Assembly (NCBI RefSeq): GCF_006345805.1
Contig: NC_043005.1
Location: 56,358,001 to 56,422,000 of the forward strand
DNA: 64,000 nt
Direction: 5' to 3'
Source of the DNA: Octopus sinensis
Lineage: Eukaryota
A model generated the notes under the pieces. That model had not been told where the DNA came from. It saw only the letters and a list, made by a program, of their open reading frames with translations, and did not search any database. Positions 52,297 through 64,000 of the stretch are shown piece by piece. The translations under genes and the position numbers were made by a program. The first letter of the stretch is position 1. Each line of letters starts with the position of its first letter.

Positions 52297-52638
52297 ATTT
52301 TTGTCAACATAACATGGCAGTCCTGGTTTAGGACGATTGTTGCTGTAATTTAACCCCAAGTGACATCGTATCCAGCTGGCTATATGACACGATCTGTGTC
52401 CTTACATTTTTCGAACAAGGGAATATAGCACCCCCATTCAACTCAAAACAATATTTGTGTATCGGAAATCGCGATACACAGATATTGTTTTGAGCTGAGT
52501 GGGGGTGCTAGATTCCCTTGTTCGAAAATGTAAGGACACAGATCGTGTCGTATAGCCAGCTGGAGACGATGTTTTCTGGGGCTAAATTACAGCAACATTC
52601 ATCCTAAACCAGGACTGCTATGTTATGTTGGCAAAAAT
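52297..52638. mobile_element. Fold-back element: about 167-bp arms, 7-nt loop
   Basis: atttttgtcaacataacatggcagtcctggtttagga...tgtgtatcg GAAATCG cgatacaca...tcctaaaccaggactgctatgttatgttggcaaaaat. Confidence 0.92.
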
Positions 52639-53863
52639 TGTCATTCTTTCTGTTCAAATATATTCAATTGTCAAATGCTATAATAATAGCTAGTGCAATG
52701 AAACGGAAAATATAAAGAGAAAGGTGATGAAAATAACAGATTTGCTGAAACCTTCACACAGCGCAGCAGCTAATTAATTTTGTTCTATGAGGTATTTCAG
52801 TTATTCAATTCAGTCACTTTGACCACATAAAAGAACTGATTTTGTAAATGGATGTATTATTAAAAGGAAAATCAAAGCATTTTCAGTCAAGAAAACAATC
52901 AATTCTGCTGTTTGTAAGAAAAATATATTATTTTACTCTTAAATATTTGTTAATATATAACATTAGAAAACGAGAAGTCATGGAAACATTCTTTATAGTG
53001 AGTAAAAAGAACTCACTAGAACTTATCATTTACCACTTTGTTTAGGAATAAAAAAGTTTGGGCTGTGATATTTTACTATATTATGGAGAAAATTATTATT
53101 TGAAAAAAAAAAACGATTTCCTTTGACATTCATCATCTGCCATACACATATCCCCAAATATGCAAACTTTTATATGGCTACTCAGCTTAGCAGAAATAGT
53201 AGCCAAGTATTCTTCAAATCAGCCAGAAAGACGCATCATAATGATGAAGACAGAACCTTGATTAGAAACACTGTTTATGGAGAAGTTTGTAAACATTGCA
53301 CAATGTATATACTGAGTTTGTAGAATATGTAATAAATGTTTTTCAATATATACATTTTTAGTTACACAGCACTAAAAGATTACTTTTTAAACCGTTACTA
53401 AGAAAGACAACCTAAATTTCAATAATTTATCCGATTAAAAAGTGACTAGCATAACATCTATTTTTCTGAAAATGAAAGTAGAGATAAAGTTAATAACTTC
53501 CTAATTCGTCAAATGTATCCAAATTGAATATATAGGTAGTATTTTAAATGGACAAACAATTTAAATTTTACCATTTTACCATGTTGCCGTCACCCTTCAC
53601 TAGCAAATTGCTGTGAAGCGATGGCATAGAGTCCGGTCTTATAAAATTGCGATGAATTAAAAAAAATAAGATGGCGTGAGTTCATAAGAACTCTATACAT
53701 CTGGAAGGTGCAGCAGAATTTTATTTGGCTATGTAGTAAGAAGCTTGCTTCCCAGCCACATTGTTCCGGGTTCAGTCCCACTGCGTGGCACCTTGGGTGT
53801 CTCCTGCTATGCCTCGACCAAAGCTTTGTAAGTGTTTGGTGAACGGAAACTGAAAGAGTCCGT

Positions 53864-53916
<53 letters not shown>

Positions 53917-55641
53917 AATATATCTGTGTGTGTGATTCTCTCCGCCTCTTGACAACCGGTGTTGGTATTTTTACGTCCCATTCACTTAGCTGTCGGCAAA
54001 AGAGACAGGAAGAATAAGTACCAGGCTTTTAAAAAAAATAAATATTAGGGCCAATTCATTCGACTAAAATCCTTCAAGGCGGTGCTCCAGCATGGCCGAA
54101 GTCATTGGCTTTTAAAATCATTATGTCTTTGTATGTAGTTCACAATTTTAAGAAGACTTCGTGTGAAGACAAGAATGACAATATAAGCACCGTGCACAAT
54201 TCAGGGTTGGTCCCTTTTATTGAAGAGAGCATAGGAATGTTAAGTAAGAAAAGTGAATGGGAGCGAAAGGCCAACTTATTGAGCAAAATGACGAGTTTTG
54301 TGTGGATCGTTTGCGGATCACTAGTTCGTAGTTTTGTGTGGATTGTTCGTAGCTCTCTCTCTCTTGCCATCGTTTTATAACCGTAAGCCAAATTTTCCAG
54401 AACCTTCGAGGAAATTATTTGGTAGGAATACTCGCATGCTTTCTTTGAAATTCGTCGCATCAGTCATAACAATGCTGATTAGTTGAGCTATATTGACGTA
54501 GGAGTTAATGCCTATTATGACGACATATTGCCGTTTATGGCGATATGGTAGGTCGTTGTCTGGAGTTGGGAAAATCTGAGAGTGATGATTCAAAACTCAT
54601 CAGAAGCTTTGCTAATTGAAGATAAAGCAGATTAAGATTGTGATGAATGAAGAAGAAAAATTATGTAGATGTAAACTTTTTGTCCTCTCATTAATAATGG
54701 TTTCTAATTTAGGCACAGGACCAATAGTTTTGAGGGAACGTGTTATTCGATACCTCCAGCTCCAGTGCTTGACTGCGGTACTTTATTTTATTGATCCCGA
54801 AGGATAAGTCAACATCAGTGGGATTTGAACCCAGAACGAAAAGAACAAAAAAAAAATGCCAATGAACGGTCAATGGTATTGATTTGGTATACTAGTCAAC
54901 ACTACTACATGGTTTACAGCAGACACAGTGTTCGAACCCCGTAGGCGGTGTTAAAATTACAACTTTTTTGACGATGGCTGATTGAATGAATCAGCAGACT
55001 GTTGAAAAAATACATTATTATTCAGTAGTGTGATGTAAGGAATACAGACTGCACAGAGAGGATTATTTGGGAGTGGAGGTCGTGAGAAATTTTAGAAGAG
55101 GTTGGCATTACGTTTAAGGAAGGGATTGGTCAATTTGGCTGTCACACAGAGCGGAAAACAACCCACGCTATATCACTGGCCGCATTTATTCCAGCTCGAG
55201 TTCAAATCCCGCCGAGTCAATCTAATTGATTATTCCCTTCTGATCTCGTGCCAATTTTAGAAAACAATAAAGAAGGGGGCATACTTTTGTGGTGGGGAGG
55301 CCTGTTGGTTTTTGTCAGTTTGGAAGCTCCTGGATTAAACTATTCAATGCGGTGCCCAGTTTGGTTGCACTTCAATAGCAGAAACCGAGAGAGAGAGAAA
55401 AATACTGCTAACACAATCGAAAACCGAACACATGTTCCCTTTTCCCCATTAAAATTTGTGGGATATTGTAGTAAAGGGGAAATCTTTATAGTTGCAGCAA
55501 CGGTTTCGAGTAGGCGAAAATAAAGAATAACCATGTAAGAGAGCCAAAACCGCATGCTTTGAATTTATGATTACCGGTGCTCTTGGGAAATGAATGAATT
55601 TGTCAATCTACATGTATATAAATAACACTAAGGACATTTAC

Positions 55642-55723
<82 letters not shown>

Positions 55724-55774
55724 ATGAGTTAGTGAGAAAAAGTGGAAAAGTACAACAGACAGACAATCAGATAG

Positions 55775-55830
<56 letters not shown>

Positions 55831-56413
55831 TACATCCACGCACAGTCTCTAAGGATGGGTGTTCTGAACATATGTAAATCAGAACACTTTTTGTTTTGCA
55901 AAAAAACACAAACGTTCATGATCCCCCTTACATTAAATATATATCTATGCTCAGGCAACAGTCGTGCCATGAAATATTTAGATTTCATTTAAGGGAAGCA
56001 TATAATTAAATAAAATATCACTTTAAATAGAATGCCACATTATATCTACTAAAGCGGTCGCTATCAGCTGGACTACTCCGTTTTCGTTAATATAGCTCTT
56101 ATATTTTTTAACCTTTCGAATGCCATACTTTTAATTTTGTGTGTGTGTGTATTATTAACAAAACAAAAACAGGCAATTATGTTGAACACTGTGAAGATAA
56201 TTCAAACAACTTTTTGTTTTTGATGATTGAATAAATCGTCGTTCATACCTATCAATATATTATTTTCCTTTTTTTTTCTGCAATAACACACTTCAATAAC
56301 TGCAGTAGAATTTGCACACCTATATACATTCATTAATATATTTAACGTAATATTCATTTGATAGTAACTATTCTGTGATCCACAGAAAAGTAACAAAACT
56401 TCAAATTTAAAGA

Positions 56414-57167
56414 ATGAACCTTGAAGACGATACTAATAATCCAACAGCTGATACCACAGAGGAATATGTTAATTCCGACCAAGACGGATACTTGAAAGTT
56501 GCTGATGGAGTCCTTACGGTTAACATTACAAAGAAAGATGTTTGGGACAACTTAAGCGGAGATCTAAAAAATGCCTCTAAAGATAAAATGTATAAGATTA
56601 AATTTCAGAACGATGTTGACCTTCCTACGAACGATATAATAAAAGAGGTTACAAATCCAGGGATTGAAAATTTGGCATTTACATTAGATGGTGCAGAAAA
56701 CGAGGACAAAAGCGATCGTTCGAATTCATTCAATGTTCAAGTGAACAGAGTCGATATAGTGGAAGAGGTACTTGCCGAGAAAAACCATCATGTAGAGAAC
56801 TCAGAAAAACAAATAGGTAACGGGATAGAAACTGAGCTTCCAGAAGTTCCAGCCAGTGTAATTACCAACAGAGAAGGCTCAGAAATAGAAGATATATCAC
56901 ATGCAACTCGATCTGGAACTTTTGATTCCAGTGTTTTCGAAGGACTCGCTCGACACAGTATCGACGTAAAAGCAAATGTATTATCGGAAGATATCAGTCC
57001 ATTCAGGAGAGGGATGATAATGTTGTTTTGCTTCCTTATGCAATGTTGTACCGGACTTCTTTACTCTCTGGGACTAATCTACGTCATACTTCTGGATGTA
57101 TTTGGTGCTTCCCGTTCTGTAACCAGTTTGGTCCAGTCACTCTGTTTAGCAGTGACATATGGATTAG
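56414..57167 (+). CDS. First coding exon of an SLC16/monocarboxylate-transporter-like MFS protein; the rest lies beyond the window
   Basis: About 200-aa acidic N-terminus, then GMIMLFCFLMQCCTGLLYSLGLIYVILLDVFGASRSVTSLVQSLCLAVTYGLG, which resembles SLC16 TM1-TM2 (YSFGIxxxxLxxxFxxSRxxTSxxxS). Phase-1 donor TTAG|gtaata at the usual G|P position. Confidence 0.8.
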
Positions 57168-57969
57168 GTAATAATAAACATTTTTGTTTTCTTATTCAAC
57201 TTTAGAGTTAATTCTCTTCGCTGATTGTTTCCGACAACCTCTTCATGAATGCTTATAATAATCTTAAGCATAATTGGTTTTGAATGTAATGACTGATACA
57301 TATGCACTTGATACAAATCAGACAATTTAGAGGTCATTTCCATACAGAGCAAGACAGTTTTTTTTGTGCGATATGTAAAGCTATTTAGTGTCACACATTG
57401 TGTACTATGCAATTTTTGGTGAGAAAAATTAGCTTTATGTAAGACGTACAACAATCCAGACATAAAAAAGCTACTCAGGCAATTAATGATGGAGAAATCC
57501 GATTAACAATTCTTACCAACTGCAAAATTAGTTAATTATTTAGTGAACTAAATGTGCAAAGAATAGTAACCTAATGACTTGAATTAAAAACCTAATTTAA
57601 AATTACGAGAAATATTGAAAATTGCTATATTGTTGAAATCTTTTCTGAAATATATTCAAATGAAAATTACTTGGTGTGTTTGTTAATAAGACATCACATT
57701 CTTGAAGAAGTACAGTGTGTAATGTAAATATATTGTTTGAATCCAGAACTGTCGATAAAGAAAGATAATAAGACGATTTAGTAGTTTTGATTAATAAACT
57801 ACAAAATAGTTACTTTTTAAAAGACAAAGGAGTATTTTTTATAAAAAGTGACGATCAAAGCATTTTTAACTTACCTTGTAATATACTAAAACTATTAAGG
57901 CGGCGAGCTGGCAGAATCGTTAGCACGCAAGTCAAAATTATTAGTGGCATTTAGTCCTTCTTCACGTTC

Positions 57970-58377
57970 ATCATCATCATCATCAGAGGAGGAGACTGGC
58001 AACGGCTACGATCGGTTGGTGCTTTTTACGTGCCACCGGCATGGAAGCCAGTCTAGGCGGCGCTGGCATCGGCCACGTGCGGATGGTGCGTTTTACGTGT
58101 CACCTGCACGGGTATTACAACTACAATTTCCATTTGATTTTCATTTTGATGTTGATGTACTTGACTCAATAGGTCTCCTCTAGCACAGCAGGTCGCCCTA
58201 CGATCCAAGGTATTTTTGAATGGGCTGGGGCTGGTTATGCGAAACTGGTGTAGGATACAGCCGCGAACTCACTTTATTTGCCGGGTCTTCGCAGTCACAG
58301 CATATCTCCAGAGGTTTCGGTCTTTCATCATTGCCTCTGTGAGGCCCAACGTTCGAAGGTCATGCTTGATCACCTCG
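57970..58377 (-). mobile_element. RTE LINE 3' end (ORF2 C-terminus + 3'UTR + (GAT)n tail) inserted into a tRNA-SINE head
   Basis: Minus strand EVIKHDLRTLGLTEAMMKDRNLWRYAVTAKTRQIK* runs into the tgcttttacgtgccaccggc-type units and a gatgatgat tail. The host SINE resumes at cgttctgagttcaaattcc (about 58376). Confidence 0.75.
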
Positions 58378-59100
58378 TTCTGAGTTCAAATTCCACCGAG
58401 ATCGATTTTACCGCTTATACTTTTGGGGTGGATAAAATAAGTACCACTTGAGCATTGGGGTTGATTTAATCGATTCCCACCCACCCACCTCACACACACG
58501 AAAAATTGCTGGCCTTGTGCTGAAATTTGACGCCAATATACTCCATTTATTTTTTTCACTTTATGGAAGTCAATATTTTCTCTGTTGACATCCACCTCAA
58601 TTAATTTTGCTTTTCTCCCAATTCTGTGCTCTCTAGAAGAAAAGCCCTCAAATTATCTCAAAGCGAAGAGAATTCACTAACGTGATTTGTTTATTTTTTA
58701 AAAAGATTTCGTAAAGGAATTAGATACAAAGGATTTTGGCCGGTTTAAACACTAAAGGGTTAAAAAGTGCGAAAACTATAAAATCAGCTTTTTTAGCCTT
58801 TTTGAAGGCTCTAGAACCCCAAAACTATAGGCTTTTTTTGTTGTTGATTTTATAGTTTTAAATTTCAATGGGCCTAAAAAGGGCTGATTTGATAGTTTTG
58901 GCCCTTTTTTTAAAGGTTTTTAAAGGCTTTTAGAGCCAGAAAAGGGTAAAAAAATAACTCAGCTGAAAAACAATAGTATTAAACTTTAAAAAGTTTATTG
59001 ATAAAGTAGCAGTAAAAAAAAAATAAGAATAAAAAGATGAAAAACACGATATATACATAATTTAAATTTTCCTCTTCTCCTCCTCCCCCATTTGGTTCAT

Positions 59101-59592
59101 GTTGCCCTTCATGAAAATTAACATACTAAAATTTTCATCAGACAAGGACGATCTCTTGGCACTCAAGATGTTATTGCCCATGGAAAAAACGCTTGCTCAT
59201 TCAAGAAGGCAGCGTCTATCAGTAGGTCTTTGGAGTTGGTCTCCAACCAGGTCTTTACTAAATTCAGGGCCTTGTCCTTCAGTGACCTGTGGCTTCCGCT
59301 CTATTTTTATTGGGTGACACCACTGAAGAAGTCATCCTCCACCTCGTCGTTGTTGTTGCCTCCATTGTTGCTGCTCACTTCCTCAGACTTCTGCTTCATA
59401 ACCTCCTCGACCATATCCTCCATGCTTCTCTTCACCTTGGTTAACTTGGTGCTATCATACCTATCCAACCAGATGAAGCGAAACCTGGGGTGGAAGGCAG
59501 CAGCTAGTTGGCATTTCTCATCGTCCAGGAGGGTCGCAATTTTTTGTCGATGCCTGCCAAAACTGCGTCGACCAAGGGGCTGCAGTAGACGA
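59101..59592 (-). mobile_element. hAT transposase remnant (C-terminal dimerisation region)
   Basis: Minus-strand CQLAAAFHPRFRFIWL...DDFF...FFSMGNNILSAKRSSLSDENFSMLIFMKGN, with stops and frameshifts. Minus-strand AATAAA at about 58994. Confidence 0.8.
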
Positions 59593-59858
59593 GTTTTAGG
59601 TTAACAAGCTAAATGTAAAGGAAGTTAATTAGTCCGATAATGATTTTCAAAGTTAAAACTTAAATCGTTAACGAAAATGTTAACGGATTAATAGACTTGT
59701 ACCCAGCTCTGAAGATTACATTGTTGTTAACATAACACGAGGATAGAAAATTCTAGGCTTTAATAGCAAATCACAATATTTATTTCTGCACCGGACACCA
59801 GCTGTAAGTTGGTGAGTTTACATTTATGTTATTATAAATGTAAATTTACATTTATATA

Positions 59859-60270
59859 CTCTTTTACTCTCTTTTACTCTTTTACTTGTTTCAGTCATTT
59901 GACTGCGGCCATGCTGGAGCACCACCTTTAATCGAGCAACTCGACACCGGGACTTATTCTTTTGTAAGCCCAGTACTTATTCTATCGGTCTCTTTTGCCG
60001 AACCGCTAAGTAACGGGGATATAAACACACCAGCATCGGTTGTCAAGCAATGCTAGGGGGACAAACACAGACACACAAACACACACACGCATATATATAC
60101 ATATATACGACGGGCTTCTTTCAGTTTCCGTCTACCAAATCCACTCACAAGGCATTGGTCGGCCCGAGGCTATAGTAGAAGACACTTGCCCAAGGTGCCA
60201 CGCAGTGGGACTGAACCCGGAACCATGTGGTTGGTAAACAAGTTACTTACCACACAGCCACTCCTGCGCC
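59859..60270 (-). mobile_element. Well-preserved composite tRNA/CORE-like SINE
   Basis: ggcgcaggagtggctgtgtggtaag head, CpGs retained, (aaaagagt)n tail. More decayed copies at about 11270-11760, 16940-17290, 27570-27960, 38750-39110 and 53725-54110. Confidence 0.85.
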
Positions 60271-60361
60271 TATATCATTATATAAGTTTATTAGAATTAT
60301 TAGCTAATTAACTATTTTTCAGCAACAGCTGTGTATAGGTGCTTACACACAAACATACATA

Positions 60362-60952
60362 CATGAGGGGTGCTGAAAAGCTCCTGGCTTTGAGGGTATC
60401 ACGAAAGGCCTTGTTGGAAGCCCAAACCGAGTTCTTTTACAGAGCCTAGAAAAACTGAAGGACCGCTGCAATTATTGTGTGAATTTGAGAGGGGAATATC
60501 TCTCTATATATAAACGGCAGTTTGTCTGTGTGTGTTTCTGTGTGTCTGTTTGGTTGTACCCTCACCCTGACCACGGCTTTCAACCGATTCTGATGAAACT
60601 TGACACACACATAGCCCAATGTCATAATTCAAAACTAACGCAGCGAAAATTTTGAAAAGTTCCCCCAGGTCTGAAAAAAATCGATAAATTCGACATGGGG
60701 TCGAGAATCAGAAACACAAACCACAGACTGTCTAGGGGACGCAACTCCACCTTTTTAACTCTCAAAAAAAATTTACCATCATTTTTTTCCCATTTTTTTG
60801 CTATATTTTGGCTATAACTATCTAAAAATGCTTTATAGTTATTTCCCTTACAAACCCGAGCAACGCCGGGCGATACTGCTAGTGTTCAATAAAATCATAA
60901 TTAACTGATCCTTCTGTATATTTTTAACCCAAAGTTAGGAACACTTCATCAG
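60362..60952 (+). mobile_element. Mariner-derived non-autonomous element interrupted by a Helitron
   Basis: TIR-like gaggggtgctgaaaagctcctggctttg at the left and decayed cccaaagttaggaac...tcagc at the right. Removing 60499-60882 restores LEKLKDRCNYCVNLRGEYVQ*, the mariner transposase C-terminus. Confidence 0.7.
60499..60882 (+). mobile_element. Non-autonomous Helitron
   Basis: Starts TC, ends CTAG, GC-rich hairpin cccgagcaacgccggg (60855-60870) 8 nt before CTAG, inserted between host A (60498) and T (60883) with no TSD. Confidence 0.85.
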
Positions 60953-61188
60953 CCTTTGGCGCTCACGCGAGTGTGTACATATGTATACTGTGGACGTCCT
61001 TAGAGCTTTATAAGCTTTCGAAAGGACTTAAACTAATTTGTTTTCGGAATGATATATCTCGACACACATACATAAAGCTTTCGACTTCTATCCCCAAAAG
61101 TTTTTCAGCTCAGTATTTACATGCAATCATTTATAGCTTTATGTCTGTGCTTCGAGATATACGACTCCAAAAAAGAATTACACACACG

Positions 61189-61225
<37 letters not shown>

Positions 61226-61232
61226 ACACATA

Positions 61233-63460
61233 AGCACTCCACCTTCTATTACTGTCTTCTTAGAAAGGGCTCTGTTGGCTGCTACAGCATGGCGTCTGTC
61301 TTTTAAAAAGTCATGCAACCGCTCTCCGATTTTCCCAGTTATGCCTAATGTCCGTAGTTTGTGACATATTATCCCATGAGCAACTTTACCAAAGGCCTTT
61401 GCAAAGTCGAGATATATCACATCCACGTTTGAGCAATTCATTAATTGTTTCATCCAGCCATAGTGCTGCAAAAGCTGTGTAAGGCAGTTTTTTCTCGAGC
61501 GAAAGCCACGCTGGGTGTCAGGAAGTAAGCCATTATCTTCAAGGAAGGCAATTAGTTTCTTCCTGACAATGCGCTCCATGACTTTGCTGACATGGGAAGT
61601 TAGAGAGACAGGTTTATGATTTTTAACATTTGCTCTACTACTTCTCTTATGTATAGGGCATATTATGACTTCCTTTAACTTTTTGAGAAGTCTCCCAGTT
61701 GTGAGGAAGCTATGGAAGAGAATCTGAAGATGCCTTGCTAGATCCTCTTTGTATTTCTTTAGGAGAATTGTTGGGAATTCATCAGAACCTGTGGCTGAGT
61801 TTGAGCTCATTTTATCAATGCTGATATAACATCAGTTTCTTCTATTTTGATGCTATAAATAATTGTCATTACGTTGTGTAGAGTTGTGGAGCCAAAGAAC
61901 TGATCAGGCATAGCTACTTGCTAGTGTCCCAACAGAGTAGTTAAAACACCCTTGTATTGCATATTCAGCATTTCACTGATCCTCTGGGGATCTGCAGTCG
62001 GCGGGTCATTTTCTTCGAGTAGTGGCCCTATTTTGTACCGTACTGAAGCAGACTCTTTTGCATATCTATAGAAGGCTTTAGGATTTGTCTTAATATTTTT
62101 GACAGCCCTGGCTTCCTTTTCTGCTCTCTCCTTTTCACGGGAGTGTTTGAGTTCATTTTCGACCTTGAACAATGTTTGTTTGAGATAGGATCGTTTGTTA
62201 TTCTTTAGTAGCTCATTTAGACGATTTGAGACTTTTGCTCGTCATCTCATTAGAATCTTACTATCCCTGGGTATTATACCTTTCTGCTGGTTTGGCATTC
62301 TCTCTGGAGCAAACTTGCTGCATATGTCATGCATGATTGTCATAAGGTGTTGTAGCTTTATGTCAATATCTTGCGTAGAGAGAATGGCTGACCAGTTATG
62401 TTCCATGACCTCTTTATCGATATCTTTCCAATCAGCTTTGTGAAAATTCAGACTGGAGAGGAGTTGGATGCTTCTAGTAGCCTGCATGTGTGTAGTCTTC
62501 TGTGGACCATACATTGTTAGTTCTATTAAGTTATGGTCTGAGAAAATCGTCGGTATCATCTTAACATTATGGATGAGCGCCGCGTTGTTAGTGAAGCAGA
62601 GATCCAGGACAATTTTTCACTTGTTGGATGGAGGACTATTTGCTCCAAAAAAGAACATGTTAGTGAGGTTAAGCAGAGATTCTGCATGCCCCAGGCCGTA
62701 CAGTGACATACTCGAGAGAAGGCGGACCTCAGGCCATTCGACATAAGAGAAGTTGAAATCCCCAAGGAAAAGTATGTGCAGATTGTCATCCAGGTTGGTT
62801 AATAACGCCTTCATTTCTTGGAGGCTTTCTTCAGGTGAATCCCCATGATTCGGAGCATTTGGTGGGCGATACATGGTACATATTATTAGTTTCATCTGTT
62901 TAATGTATCACAGACTGAGTTTGAGTGTGACTGCAGGATCACAGGCGTGACATCTTTGGTTTCTCCCGGTGAACTTTGGCACTCTTCTTGGACTCACAGT
63001 TGTCTAGAGTGTTGGTGTCTTCTCTATTTTGTTCCTCTCTTACAGATTTATCCTGATCCTTCTCCGATTCTATGGAATCACTAGTTTCTTTTTCTTTTTC
63101 ACCCTTTTGTACATTCACTTCTACTTAAAATATTTTCTTCAATAATTCCATGTGTGGTTGTATTAAGAAATATGAGCGAATGAGCTCATTCTTGTTCTCC
63201 TCAATTTGAGCAGTGGTTCGATGAAAACCAAAGCTCTTTAGGGCCTCTGTAATAAGAGTGTTTGGCGATACTCCTTTTGCCAGGTTCCCTGCGAGGAGTA
63301 TTATTTTAATTTCCTCGACCTGCTAGTTTCTCTGAATTTTGAAACTTATGCTTTCTTTTGTGTAGTTTGCTTTGCTGAAGTCTGTGTTGCTGAGATAAGG
63401 AGAAAAACAAGCGTCACGAAGAAGTAAGGATAGATATGGAGAGAGAGATAGAGAGAGAGA
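61233..63460 (-). mobile_element. CR1-like LINE remnant (ORF1-like piece, APE endonuclease and RT fragments)
   Basis: IICTMYRPP, LGDFNF, SDHNLI, NFHKADW, KTNPKAFYRY, PVSLTSHVSKVMERIV, GFRSRKNCLTQLL, VIYLDFAKAFGKVAH. Several frameshifts; broken by a (CA)n tract just before the PQGSVLGP motif. Confidence 0.88.
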
Positions 63461-63667
63461 GAGGACAGAAAGACAGAAAGACAGATGGTAAAGAATGCAG
63501 AGTAAGAGTCAGTGGGTGAGAGAGGTGTAGAGGTAGTGAGGAGGGCAGAGAGAAAAGAGCTGTAAAGGTAGTGAAGAAAGACAGAGAAAGAAAGAAAGAG
63601 AGAGGGGGAGAGATACAGTGAGCAAGACAAACAAGAAACAGAAATAAATCGATATGTGCGAGAGAGA

Positions 63668-63701
<34 letters not shown>

Positions 63702-63831
63702 TGCGAGAGTAAAAGAAAGAGAGATGCAGCGAGCGAATACAAACGAGAAACAGATGCATAAATCGGTATGTACGGGAAAGGAGAGATGTACGAGTGAACG
63801 TTGCAAGAGAGGGGGAAGAGAGAGAGTGAGT

Positions 63832-63874
<43 letters not shown>

Positions 63875-64000
63875 AAGGTAGATGTTTTTAACTCAATGAA
63901 GACTACGTAATCAATTAATCAATTACCGTCTCACTTGATAATCGTGAAAATCGCGTGTAGCTGATTAAATAAATATTATTGGCCTGGAACTTGCAGGGTG

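Noticed and set aside
59099-59604. Plus-strand 72-aa and 124-aa ORFs
   Set aside because: Antisense shadows of the minus-strand hAT transposase remnant.

Overview
AT-rich, repeat-dense eukaryotic genomic DNA. The SINE, LINE and microsatellite landscape and the protein sequences suggest an octopus (coleoid cephalopod); this is an inference. Four spliced genes could be reconstructed by hand. (1) The 3' seven coding exons of TBCEL (+, 2251-15032), with a 168-aa low-complexity segment between two LRRs. (2) Complete SNRNP25 (-, 5 coding exons, 33415-27326, 164 aa). (3) Complete POLR3K/RPC11 (+, 3 exons, 34412-43554, 108 aa), head-to-head with SNRNP25 as in human 16p13.3. (4) The first coding exon of an SLC16/MCT-like MFS transporter (+, 56414-57167). 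Introns and intergenic DNA hold tRNA-derived SINEs, RTE, CR1-like and RLE-type LINE remnants, hAT and mariner remnants, a non-autonomous Helitron, five fold-back MITEs, a Penelope-type minimal hammerhead ribozyme motif, a higher-order 61-bp minisatellite and many microsatellites. All coordinates were counted by eye. Exon boundaries were checked for GT-AG and phase consistency; repeat boundaries are approximate. No database search or folding computation was run.
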